Both the position numbers and the translations under genes were made by a program. Below are positions 50,725-60,210 of a stretch of 64,000 nucleotides of DNA, one piece after another. Every line of letters starts with the position of its first letter. Within the stretch, counting starts at the first letter, position 1. The notes under the pieces were generated by a model, which was not told where the DNA came from, searched no databases, and saw only the letters and a list, made by a program, of their open reading frames with translations. This stretch comes from Bdellovibrionales bacterium (GTDB lineage Bacteria > Bdellovibrionota > Bdellovibrionia > Bdellovibrionales > UBA1609). The DNA is taken from assembly GCA_965205945.1 (NCBI GenBank), contig CBDBIB010000003.1:544394-608393 (forward strand), given 5' to 3'.

Positions 50725-51588
50725 GAAGCTGTTTGAAAAGTCTAATTTGACTTGATTTAATAAGGCAAGAACTTCAAGGAAGAGGTAAAAATGTCTATTA
50801 AAAAAGGTTACGGAAGCGATTTAATAGATACTCAGTGGGAACAGCTCAAAAAATATTTACCAAAAGCAAAATCTGGAGGTCGACCAAGAGAAGTTGATCT
50901 TAGAGAAATAATGAACGCAATATTTTACATCAACAAAACAAGCTGTCCGTGGAGGTGGCTGCCAAAGGACTACTCACCGTGGCAAACAGTATATTCGTAT
51001 TTTAGAAGTTGGCGTCTTTCAGGGGCCTGGGAAAAAAATCAACTCCCAATTGAGCAAGTACTTGAGGAAAAAAGAGGGAAGAAATTCAACACCCTCAGGG
51101 GCGTGCATGGACTCTCAGTCTGTGAAGACTACTTCTGTCGGAGGAATAAAGGGCTACGATGGTGGGAAAAAGGTGGTTGGCCGCAAACGCCACATTCTAG
51201 TGGATACTTTGGGGTTCATAATGACAGTGGTTGTACATGCAGCTGACATTCAAGATAGAGATGGTGGGATTTTAGTTTTACAAAATATCATTTCAAGGTT
51301 TTCAAGTTTAAAATTGATTTGGGTAGATGGCGGTTACCGTGGGAACGTCATTCACTTTGCTAAAACTCTTTTCAGCCGTACGCTTGAGGTGGTTTTACGA
51401 ACCGACAAGGATCCAGGATTTAAGGTTGTTAAAAAACGTTGGATTGTTGAACGAACTTTTGCATGGCTAGGAAATTATAGAAGGCATTCTAAAGATTATG
51501 AAAGGCTGGCAGAATCAAGTGAAGCTATGATTTATATTTCTATGATTCATCTCATGGTCAGGAGAATTTAGACTTTTCAAACAGCTTT
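50725..51588 (+). mobile_element. IS5-family (IS1031-like) element with transposase in two frames
   Basis: 20-bp IR AAGCTGTTTGAAAAGTCTAA plus a mismatched terminal base; TTA target duplication; motifs Y.SDL.D.QW, DSQSVKT, GYDGGKKV.GRKRH and RWIVERTFAWL. Confidence 0.92.
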
Positions 51589-51599
51589 TTAGGGATTTA

Positions 51600-52170
51600 A
51601 TGGACTACTCAGATCGAATAGGAGCTTATTTAAGAATCAAATAGGCAGATGAAAGCTAAACGCTTATATTCCTAAAAATCTACCGCCGGATCCTCTAATT
51701 CAAATAGATCAGTTGTACCCACTTTTAGACAAAGCTAACGTAGCCTTAGGCCGTCTAGATGCAATGAGTACAATTTTACCAGATTGCTCATTATTTTTAT
51801 ACATGTACATTAGAAAAGAGGCGGTCCTTTCGTCTCAAATTAAAGGGACTCAGTTGTCACTTTCAGATCTTTTACTTTTTGAGAATAAAGATGCGCCAGG
51901 AGCTCCTATTGATGATGTCACAGAGGTCTCTAATTACATCTCTGCTATGAACTATGGTTTAAAAAGAACCAAAGAGTTTCCTTTATCTCTTCCACGAGTA
52001 AAATCAAAGATGAGTGTGGCGCTTCCTTGCCAACTGTTCTGCGTTCGCTAGCAGTACTTGAAGAGCTTAAAATAGTTAAAGAAATTACAGGAAAAGACTG
52101 TCATAAAATTTTTATTTATAGTGATTATTTAGATATTTTAAATAGCAGCATTCAACCTGAAATTGTTTAG
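51600..52170 (+). pseudogene. Fic family protein pseudogene with internal deletion
   Basis: N-terminal AYIP..LPP.P...ALGRLD...RKEAVLSSQI.GT; stops and a frameshift near the start; jumps to a C-terminal LEELKIVKEITGK...FIYSDYLDIL; no HPFxDGNGR motif. Confidence 0.8.
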
Positions 52171-52206
52171 TCACGTTTCCATTCAGAGTAATAACTTGGT
52201 AATGAC

Positions 52207-52325
52207 AGGAGATCCACTTAAGGCCTTTTATTCCAGCGAGTTCTTAAAAACTCAATTCTTGTTCAGCCAGCTCCGTATCAGGAAATTATTGCTAGAAAAC
52301 AATAAGGCCAGTCAAGTGCATACCC
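52207..52325 (+). mobile_element. 3' remnant of a probable IS1595-family element
   Basis: Translates to RRST*GLLFQRVLKNSILVQPAPYQEIIARKQ*, followed by TCAAGTGCATACCC, a plausible terminal IR. Confidence 0.5.
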
Positions 52326-52559
52326 AGGTTTTCTATATTAAAGCTTTATATTTATACAAAAGCTTATTAAAAGGTCGATTTTATTCATTAACGGCAGCAA
52401 GGTGGTTTAGAGCCTTATAAATGCAATGTTTTAGCACTTTAGAAAAGTAATTATAATTAAAGTTTTAGCGCTATTTGTTTTAAATATGTTTGTAAATAGT
52501 GCATAAAAGAGAGTTTTCACTGACACTTCTGTGACATAATGAAAGCTAGTTAGTATACG

Positions 52560-53459
52560 TTGTTTAATATGTTAGTTTTGTTAAATAAGTATAAAGGTAG
52601 TGGAGAATTTAAAAAAGAAAGTTCTTTTTTAAAGAAGGGTTTATGTCTTAAGACATGCTTGCGTAAAACAGTTTTTTTTAGCGAGGCTCAATTTGAATCC
52701 TTTAAAGCAGAAGATGCTAAGTTAGTTAGTGGTTTTGATGTTTATAAAGGCTTTGCTGCTGCTGAGTACATAGTTAAGGTTTTATCAGGTCTTGAATCTC
52801 CTGTTGTTGGCGAAACTGAAGTTCTTGGACAATTTAAAAAGCAAATTATTCCGCAGTTAAAAAAGAATTCTGATTTAGAACAAATTATTCAATTTATTCT
52901 AAATTTAGTTAAAATCATAAGAGCAAAACATCTTATAGGGTTAGGCTCTCAAAGTTATGGAAGTATGGTTCGTAGGATTTTAAAATATCATCAGCATATT
53001 TTATTTGTTGGCTCAGGTGCTTTAACAGAGTCTGTTCTTCCTTGGGTTAAGGCGTCTAAAAATGTTATGATCTTAGTAAGGTCTTTAGAGCGCTATGAGA
53101 AAACAAAGGTATATAAAGAAAATACGGGTTTAAAAGCTTTTTCTTTAGATGAAGACTTTATATTTGATTTTGCATTGCACGTTATAGTTTGTGCTCCAAT
53201 AAAAGCTAAAGTTTTAGAAAGTTATTTAACCAATGCTAATGTTGAAACTATAGTGGATCTGCGAGAAGAATCAAAGACTGATCCTATCTTAAATTTATCA
53301 TGTAAAGTATTTGATTTAGAAAATGTTTTTAAAGGTTTTTATACTGAGATAAATAAAAAAAAGAAACTTATTAAGAGTATTGAGGAAGATATTTTTCTTA
53401 AAGTTAAGGAACGATTTGTAAAGCACCGACCATTTGGTTGGGATGATTTATGTCTATAA
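52560..53459 (+). CDS. hemA: Short glutamyl-tRNA reductase-like protein
   Basis: TCLR (TCNR-like), SGLESPVVGETEVLGQFK and GSGAL motifs; 299 aa; first gene of the heme operon. Confidence 0.75.
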   Translation: MFNMLVLLNKYKGSGEFKKESSFLKKGLCLKTCLRKTVFFSEAQFESFKAEDAKLVSGFDVYKGFAAAEYIVKVLSGLESPVVGETEVLGQFKKQIIPQLKKNSDLEQIIQFILNLVKIIRAKHLIGLGSQSYGSMVRRILKYHQHILFVGSGALTESVLPWVKASKNVMILVRSLERYEKTKVYKENTGLKAFSLDEDFIFDFALHVIVCAPIKAKVLESYLTNANVETIVDLREESKTDPILNLSCKVFDLENVFKGFYTEINKKKKLIKSIEEDIFLKVKERFVKHRPFGWDDLCL

Positions 53460-54946
53460 AAATTGGATCTCGAAAAAGTCATTTAGCTCAAGTTCAGGCA
53501 AGAATATTTAATGGAATTTATAAGAAGAATTTTCCAGAAGATAAAACAGAGTTGTTTTTTAAGGCTTCTTTAGGAGACTTAAATTTAGATATGGATTTAT
53601 CTAAAACAGATAGTAAAGGTGTTTTTACAAACGATTTTTTAAAACTTTTAAAAAATAATGAATGTGATTTAATTATTCATTCATGGAAAGATCTTCCTAT
53701 TGATGATAATGGTGTGACGCAAGTAACAGCAACTCTACATAGAGAAGACATAAGAGACGTGTTTTTTTTAAAAAAAAGATCAAGATCTAAGATCAGTTGG
53801 GCGGTGCAAACCTCTAGTCCAAGAAGAGAGTTTAATTTATCAGAATTTTTCTCTTATTTGTCTAAGGGTGAGCAAAAGTTAAACTATATTCCCATCAGAG
53901 GTAATGTTCCTACAAGATTTTTAAAGTTTTTAGAAAATGAATCTTCAGATGGTTTTTGTGTAGCTGTTGCTGCGGTAAAAAGGCTTATTAATGATGAATT
54001 TTTTAATAAAAATAATCCAGGTATTTGGGATAAGATTTCTAATGAATGCTACTGGTCAGTGCTTCCTGTAAGTTATTGTCCTTCAGCAGCTGCTCAAGGA
54101 GCATTAGCAGTTGAAACTAAGATTTTAAATGTGGAATTAAATAAAAAATTAGCAAAAATTAATAATAAAACTGTTATGGGCTCTGTTCTTAAAGAGCGAG
54201 CTATACTTAAAGGTTATGGCGGAGGTTGTCACTTATCAGTAGGGGTTAATGTTATTAAAAATAATCATGGTGAGTTTACGTTAAAAGCAGGCCTTATAAA
54301 TGGTAAGAAGTTTAGAGATTTAAAATTTAAACCTTTTAAAAAATACCCTGATAAAATTAAGGAAAATAAAGTTTGGATATCTACACAAGAAGTTTTAGCA
54401 AAACGCATTAAAACAGATTATAGAATTAAAAGTTCAGGGCTTAAGAGCTTTATGGTTACAAGGTTTGAATCTTATAAAAAAAATGTGGTTTCAGATAAAG
54501 ATTTAGTTCATTCAGCAGGTCTTAAAACATGGAAAAAACTTTATCAATGTGGACAATGGGTGAACTCATGTCTTGATAGTTTAGGCTCTGATTTATATGT
54601 TGGAGACCTTTTGCGTCAGGGGGTTAAACATTATTGGCTTACACGAGACGATGTGGTCGCGCCAAAAGGTTTTAAAACAGTTAAGACTTATAGCTTAGAA
54701 AGTAAATTTAATAAAACTTCTTTTTTAAATAAAGATTATTTTTTATGGATGAATGGAGAATTGATGGTTAAATCTCTTAAATATAATAAAAGCCTTCGCT
54801 GTAAAAAACATTTTATAGGTATGGGAAGATCATACGATGTTGTTAAGGCATTTGTAAAAGACAATCAAGATTTTTTAAGTAAAGACTTTGAAGTTTTTCC
54901 AATTTATTCGTTAGAACAATTTAAAAAAGATATAATTAAAGGTTAA
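53450..54946 (+). CDS. hemC: Hydroxymethylbilane synthase with C-terminal extension (possible HemD-like domain)
   Basis: IGSRKS.LA, HSWKDLP, TSSPRR, IRGNV.TR, AAQGALAVE and GGGCH motifs; about 200 extra residues. Confidence 0.88.
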   Translation: MSIKIGSRKSHLAQVQARIFNGIYKKNFPEDKTELFFKASLGDLNLDMDLSKTDSKGVFTNDFLKLLKNNECDLIIHSWKDLPIDDNGVTQVTATLHREDIRDVFFLKKRSRSKISWAVQTSSPRREFNLSEFFSYLSKGEQKLNYIPIRGNVPTRFLKFLENESSDGFCVAVAAVKRLINDEFFNKNNPGIWDKISNECYWSVLPVSYCPSAAAQGALAVETKILNVELNKKLAKINNKTVMGSVLKERAILKGYGGGCHLSVGVNVIKNNHGEFTLKAGLINGKKFRDLKFKPFKKYPDKIKENKVWISTQEVLAKRIKTDYRIKSSGLKSFMVTRFESYKKNVVSDKDLVHSAGLKTWKKLYQCGQWVNSCLDSLGSDLYVGDLLRQGVKHYWLTRDDVVAPKGFKTVKTYSLESKFNKTSFLNKDYFLWMNGELMVKSLKYNKSLRCKKHFIGMGRSYDVVKAFVKDNQDFLSKDFEVFPIYSLEQFKKDIIKG

Positions 54947-54950
54947 AATT

Positions 54951-56243
54951 ATGCAATCAGTTAAATTAAATCAACGCTGTTTAAAAGTTTCTCCTGGAGG
55001 AGTGCATTCTCCAGTAAGAGCTTATAAATCAGTTGGTGGAAATCCTGTTTTTTTTAAAGAGGGACAAGGAGCTTACTTAACTTCAGTGAACGGCGATAAA
55101 TATATAGATTTTTGCCAAAGTTTTGGTCCTTTAATTCTTGGACATAGAGACCCAGAAGTTCAGCAAGAAGTTGAGCGTATGATTAGAACTCTTTGGACCA
55201 GTGGCACATGTGAGCACTACTCATTAGAGCTTGCTGAATGGATATGTGAGCATATTCCTGCAATGCAAAAGCTTAGGTTTGTAAGTTCAGGAACAGAGGC
55301 TGTTATGTCAGCTCTTCGTGTGGCTAGAGGTGCTACAGGAAAAGATAAGGTTTTAAAGTTTGAAGGTTGTTATCATGGTCATGTGGATTCTCTTTTAGTT
55401 CAATCAGGTAGTGGTCTGGCGGGTAAGAGTGCGGCAAGTTCTGCAGGGATTGCAAAATCTACAGCATTACAAACATTAGTTTGTCCTTTAAATGATATAG
55501 AGACTTTTAAAGAAATTGTTGAAACAAATAAAAATAACCTAGCTGCTATAATTTTAGAGCCTCTTCCTGCAAACTTTGGTTTGTTAGAACAAGAAAAAGA
55601 TTTTATAAAAAATGTTGTAATGATAGCTCGCATAAATGGAGCTCTTGTTATTTTTGATGAAGTTATCTCTGGTTTTAGAGTTGGTCTGGGTGGAATGGCA
55701 GAGAAATTAAATATCACTCCGGATTTAATTATTTATGGTAAAGTTATTGGTGGTGGTTTTCCGGTAGGTTGTTATGGTGGGAAAAAAGAACTTATGGACT
55801 TAGTCGCGCCTCTTGGACCTGTTTATCAAGCAGGAACATTAAGCGCTAATCCTGTTGGAATGGTGGCAGGATTAACAACTTTAAAAAAAGCAAAAAGAGA
55901 TGGAATCTGGGATAAGTTTTTAGCACTAACAGATATTTTTAAAAGAGATTTTAATTCTTGGGCAAAAGATAAAGGTATTAAAAAAAGACTTCATGTTTAT
56001 GGATCACTTTTTTGGTTTGTTGATCTAGTAGAGCCGGTAAGAGCCATTTCACAAATACCTAAAGATCATGAAGATAAGTTTAAGTATTTTTTTAATTCAT
56101 TATTAGAACAAAAGGTTTACCTTGCTCCAAATGGTTATGAAGTAGGGTTTTTAGGAAATACTCATACAAGACAAATTATGGAAGAATCTTTAGGGAAATT
56201 TAAAAAAGCAGCTCTCTTTACCCATGAAAACTTTAAATGTTGA
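54951..56243 (+). CDS. hemL: Glutamate-1-semialdehyde 2,1-aminomutase
   Basis: PGGVHSPVRA, SGTEAVMSA, GKVIGGG.PVG and YQAGTLSANP motifs. Confidence 0.96.
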   Translation: MQSVKLNQRCLKVSPGGVHSPVRAYKSVGGNPVFFKEGQGAYLTSVNGDKYIDFCQSFGPLILGHRDPEVQQEVERMIRTLWTSGTCEHYSLELAEWICEHIPAMQKLRFVSSGTEAVMSALRVARGATGKDKVLKFEGCYHGHVDSLLVQSGSGLAGKSAASSAGIAKSTALQTLVCPLNDIETFKEIVETNKNNLAAIILEPLPANFGLLEQEKDFIKNVVMIARINGALVIFDEVISGFRVGLGGMAEKLNITPDLIIYGKVIGGGFPVGCYGGKKELMDLVAPLGPVYQAGTLSANPVGMVAGLTTLKKAKRDGIWDKFLALTDIFKRDFNSWAKDKGIKKRLHVYGSLFWFVDLVEPVRAISQIPKDHEDKFKYFFNSLLEQKVYLAPNGYEVGFLGNTHTRQIMEESLGKFKKAALFTHENFKC

Positions 56244-56264
56244 GTTAAAATTATAAAGGAAAAT

Positions 56265-57149
56265 ATGAAAAGACTTTGGTTATTTATAGCTTTTATTTTT
56301 TGGGCAGTGTTTACATTGGCTCTTCTTACATGGTGGGTGATCTTTAGTTTTAGACAACTGGAATCTTTAAAAAACTTAAACCTTAAAACTGAATCTGTGA
56401 TATTAGGCCATCAAAAAATGCTTATGTATGAAGGGCTAACACTTTATGCCTGTCTTATTATAGGGGGGTTAGCATTAGTTTATTTTATTGTTAAAGAAAA
56501 TAAGCTTTTAAGAGAGCGTAAAAACTTTTTATCTTTATTTACTCATGATTTAAAAACCACTATATCAGCACTAAGGCTCATGCTTGAACGGTTATCTTCA
56601 AAGGTTTTAGAGCCTACATTAAGAGGTGAGGTGAAAGAAATTCAACAAATTGGAATAAGGCTTAATCAGCAGTTACAAAATGCACTGCAAGCTACATATG
56701 AGAATGATAGAAAATTTATATTTGAGAATTTAAATTTTTGTAAACAAATTAATTATATAAGGCCTTTATGGCCGGACCTCTCATTTAAGACAGAGGAGGG
56801 ATTAAATATTGTAGCAGATACAGCAGCTGTGAGAAGTATTTTAATCAATTTAATTCAAAATGCGCTAACTCATGCAGGGGCTTTAGAGGTGGTTTTTTCC
56901 AAAAAAAAGGATCAAAAAGGCTATATTGGAATTTGCTGCTCTACGCCAGGAGGGCGTAAACTTCCTATTTCCATTAAAGAATTTGAAAAAAATCTAAGAG
57001 CATTTCAATCTACAGATGGTAGTGGAGTAGGTTTAAAGCTTACTAAAGAGATTATGGAGAAAATGGGCGGGGCTGTAAGCTTTGATTTATCTTGTGAAGG
57101 TGTGTTAGAGGTGACTTTATTTTTTAAAGAACAGGAGGCGCACTCATGA
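56265..57149 (+). CDS. Sensor histidine kinase
   Basis: Two TM segments with a short loop, THDLKT H-box, NLIQNA and GSGVGL motifs. Confidence 0.88.
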   Translation: MKRLWLFIAFIFWAVFTLALLTWWVIFSFRQLESLKNLNLKTESVILGHQKMLMYEGLTLYACLIIGGLALVYFIVKENKLLRERKNFLSLFTHDLKTTISALRLMLERLSSKVLEPTLRGEVKEIQQIGIRLNQQLQNALQATYENDRKFIFENLNFCKQINYIRPLWPDLSFKTEEGLNIVADTAAVRSILINLIQNALTHAGALEVVFSKKKDQKGYIGICCSTPGGRKLPISIKEFEKNLRAFQSTDGSGVGLKLTKEIMEKMGGAVSFDLSCEGVLEVTLFFKEQEAHS

Positions 57150-57811
57150 GGGGTTTATATGTGGAAGATGATTTAAATCTTGCAATATCAGTTATTCAAA
57201 GCCTTAAAGAAAAAAATACTGAAGTTTTATGGGCCAGAAGTGTTGCTGAATCTATAGAGGTTATTAACAAAGAAGATTTTAAATTTTATATACTCGATGT
57301 GGGTCTTTTAGATGGTGAGGGGTATGAGGTGGCTAGATACCTTAATGAAGCTAAAAAAACAGATCCAATATTGTTCTTAACAGCTAGAAATAAAGCTGAA
57401 GATAGACTTAAGGGATACGAACTTGGAGCTGTTGAGTATATTCCAAAACCATTCTTATTCGCAGAGCTTTGGATAAGATTGAGCCATGTTTTACAAGATC
57501 GTGTTGAAGAAGAGTCTTTAAAGCTAGGTGATCTAACTATTAACTTTAAATCTTATTCATTTAACTGGAAGCATTCAGAAACTTTATTTCTTTCAGAAAA
57601 GGAATTTGGAGTTTTTTTATATTTGTATAAAAATTCTCCAGCTGTTGTAAGGCGTTCAGATATTTTAGATAAAATATGGGGGAAGAATCAATTTCCAACA
57701 GAGAGAACAATTGACAATGTTATTTTAAAATTAAGAAATAGTCTTAAGCACTACGGTTATTATGTAAAAAGTATAAGAGGAGTAGGCTACTCATGGGTGA
57801 GAGAACAGTAA
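57146..57811 (+). CDS. OmpR-family response regulator
   Basis: VEDD, ILDVGL.DG, FLTAR, KPF and RTIDNVILKLR...IRGVGY motifs. Confidence 0.93.
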   Translation: MRGLYVEDDLNLAISVIQSLKEKNTEVLWARSVAESIEVINKEDFKFYILDVGLLDGEGYEVARYLNEAKKTDPILFLTARNKAEDRLKGYELGAVEYIPKPFLFAELWIRLSHVLQDRVEEESLKLGDLTINFKSYSFNWKHSETLFLSEKEFGVFLYLYKNSPAVVRRSDILDKIWGKNQFPTERTIDNVILKLRNSLKHYGYYVKSIRGVGYSWVREQ

Positions 57812-57823
57812 GGGTGAAGTAAA

Positions 57824-58852
57824 ATGAATAAAAAATTTCAAAATGCTTTAAATAATATAGTTCAAGATGTTCCTCCTATTTGGTTAATGAGGCAGGCAGG
57901 AAGATATCAAAAATCATATAGAGTTTTAAGAAAAAAATATTCATTTATGGATTTATGTAAAGTTCCTGAGTTAGCAGCAAAAATTGGTTTTAATGCTGTT
58001 GATGAATTTGATTATGATCTTTGTATTTTATTTTCAGATTTGTTGTTTCCATTAGAGGCTTTTGGTATGGGTTTAGAGTACTCTCCAGGGCCGATTTTAT
58101 CTTGGAATTTAAAAGATAAAAATGATTTTAAAAAATTTAAATCTCAAGAAGAAGCTTTTGAAGGAATAAAATTTCAAGGAGACTGTTTAAGGGCAACTAG
58201 ACAGATTTTACCTAATAATAAAAGCTTAATTGGTTTTGTCGGCGGATTTTGGACTCTTTTTGGATATGCTGTAGAGGGTAGGCATAAAGGTAATATGCTT
58301 GAGACTAAAAAGAGTTTACATTTATTTGATGAATTTGTTCAAATTCACATGCTTCCATTTTTAAAGAGAAATATTCAACTTCAGTTAGACAATGGTGCTG
58401 AAGTGGTTATGGTCTTTGATACTGCTGTAGGTGAGGTGAGCGCAGAGTTTTTTAAAAATAGAATTTCACCTTATTTATTAACATTAGTTAAAAAATTTCC
58501 AGGTAAACTTGGTTACTATGCCAAAGGTGGAAACTTAGATTATTATTCCTTAGAGTTTTTAGATCAGTCTTGGGCTGGAATGGGTTGGGATCATAGATGG
58601 GATCTTTTAAATATCTTAAAAAATAAAAAATACTCAGGTTTTGTTCAAGGAAACTTTGATCAAGCGCTTCTACACCAATCTCTTCCTGATTTTAGAGTTT
58701 CTTTAGCCCAATACTTAGATCAATTTAAGGGCCTTTCTCCTCAAGACAGAAAAGGTTGGGTGGCAGGACTGGGGCATGGTGTTTTGCCACTAACTCCTGA
58801 GGATAATGTTAAATATTATGTAGATACTGTTCGTAGTTGTTTCAGTAAATAA
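57824..58852 (+). CDS. hemE: Uroporphyrinogen decarboxylase
   Basis: PIWLMRQAGRY, ILFSDLL, QGNFDQ and LGHGVLP.TP motifs. Confidence 0.95.
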   Translation: MNKKFQNALNNIVQDVPPIWLMRQAGRYQKSYRVLRKKYSFMDLCKVPELAAKIGFNAVDEFDYDLCILFSDLLFPLEAFGMGLEYSPGPILSWNLKDKNDFKKFKSQEEAFEGIKFQGDCLRATRQILPNNKSLIGFVGGFWTLFGYAVEGRHKGNMLETKKSLHLFDEFVQIHMLPFLKRNIQLQLDNGAEVVMVFDTAVGEVSAEFFKNRISPYLLTLVKKFPGKLGYYAKGGNLDYYSLEFLDQSWAGMGWDHRWDLLNILKNKKYSGFVQGNFDQALLHQSLPDFRVSLAQYLDQFKGLSPQDRKGWVAGLGHGVLPLTPEDNVKYYVDTVRSCFSK

Positions 58853-58869
58853 ATAAGAAAGAGGTTAAA

Positions 58870-60210
58870 ATGAAAGAACTGCTAGCTAAATATGATATTC
58901 CTGCTCCAAGATATACGAGTTATCCAACAGTTCCTTATTGGGACAACAGCCCAACAACGCAAGAATGGACAGCTTCTATTAATCACTGTCTTATTAAGGA
59001 AAACACTAGTTGGTCTATGTATATTCATATTCCTTTTTGTGAGAGTTTATGCACATTTTGTGGATGTAACACAGTAATTACAAGAGATCATAAAAGAGAG
59101 AATATTTATATAAATCAATTATTAAGTGAGTGGGAGATGTATATTCAAAATTGCCCAGATTTAAAATCAAGACCACTTAAAGAGTTGCACTTTGGTGGAG
59201 GAACTCCAACCTTTTTTTCACCAGAAAATTTAAAAAAGCTTATTAAGGGAATCTTTAAAGATTGTACATTATCTAATAACTTTGAAGGATCTATTGAAGT
59301 GGATCCAAGGAGAACAACAAAAAAACATTTAGCGATTCTTAAACCATTAGGGTTTCACAGGGTGTCTATGGGGGTTCAAGATTTTGATTTAGAAGTTCAA
59401 AAACTTATAAATAGAATCCAACCAGAAAAAACGACTAAGGACTTAACAAGTGCTGCAAGAAAAATAGGGTACACATCAGTAAACTATGATTTGATTTATG
59501 GTTTGCCAAAACAAGATATTTCTAAAATAAAACATCTTGTTAAAACAACCATTAAACACAGACCTGATCGTGTAGCTTTATATAGTTTTGCTTTAGTTCC
59601 ATGGATTAAGCCAGCACACAGAATTTTTAAAGATGAGGACTTGCCAGTAGGAGCTGAAAAAAGAGAGCTTTATGAGGTTTCTAGAAAAAAGCTCATTGAT
59701 GCAGGTTATATAGAAATTGGTATGGATCACTTTGCTTTAAAATCAGATTCTCTTTATAAATCTTTAGAGGAAGGAAAACTTCATAGAAATTTTATGGGGT
59801 ATACTGCTACTAGAACTGACTTACTTTTAGGTATTGGGGTAAGTTCAATTTCTGAAACACCAGATATGTTTCATCAGAATGAGAAAAAGCTTATTGTTTA
59901 TGAGAGAGAAATTTTAAAAAAAAATATTCCTACATTTAGAGGTCATAAGCTAACAAGTCAAGATAAGGTTTATCGAGAGCTTATTTTAAATCTTATGACA
60001 AAATGGAAGGTAGAGCTTACTCAAGCAGACAAGACTGATCTTGAAATTTATTTAAACCAAGCAATTAAAGATGGGTTTATACATTTTAAAGGTTTAAGCT
60101 TAGAGGTGCTTAAAAAGGGCCGTCCATTTTTAAGAAATATCTGTATGGGGCTTGATAAACGACTTCGTTTAAAAAATCCTACAAGAAAGGTGTTCTCTCA
60201 ATCAATATGA
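58870..60210 (+). CDS. hemN: Oxygen-independent coproporphyrinogen III oxidase
   Basis: PRYTSYPT, HIPFCESLCTFCGC radical-SAM motif, GGGTP, IGMDHFA and RNFMGY. Confidence 0.95.
   Translation: MKELLAKYDIPAPRYTSYPTVPYWDNSPTTQEWTASINHCLIKENTSWSMYIHIPFCESLCTFCGCNTVITRDHKRENIYINQLLSEWEMYIQNCPDLKSRPLKELHFGGGTPTFFSPENLKKLIKGIFKDCTLSNNFEGSIEVDPRRTTKKHLAILKPLGFHRVSMGVQDFDLEVQKLINRIQPEKTTKDLTSAARKIGYTSVNYDLIYGLPKQDISKIKHLVKTTIKHRPDRVALYSFALVPWIKPAHRIFKDEDLPVGAEKRELYEVSRKKLIDAGYIEIGMDHFALKSDSLYKSLEEGKLHRNFMGYTATRTDLLLGIGVSSISETPDMFHQNEKKLIVYEREILKKNIPTFRGHKLTSQDKVYRELILNLMTKWKVELTQADKTDLEIYLNQAIKDGFIHFKGLSLEVLKKGRPFLRNICMGLDKRLRLKNPTRKVFSQSI

Noticed and set aside
52163..52420. 85-aa ORF as a real gene
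   Set aside because: Another frame of the same DNA better matches an IS1595-like transposase tail and terminal repeat.
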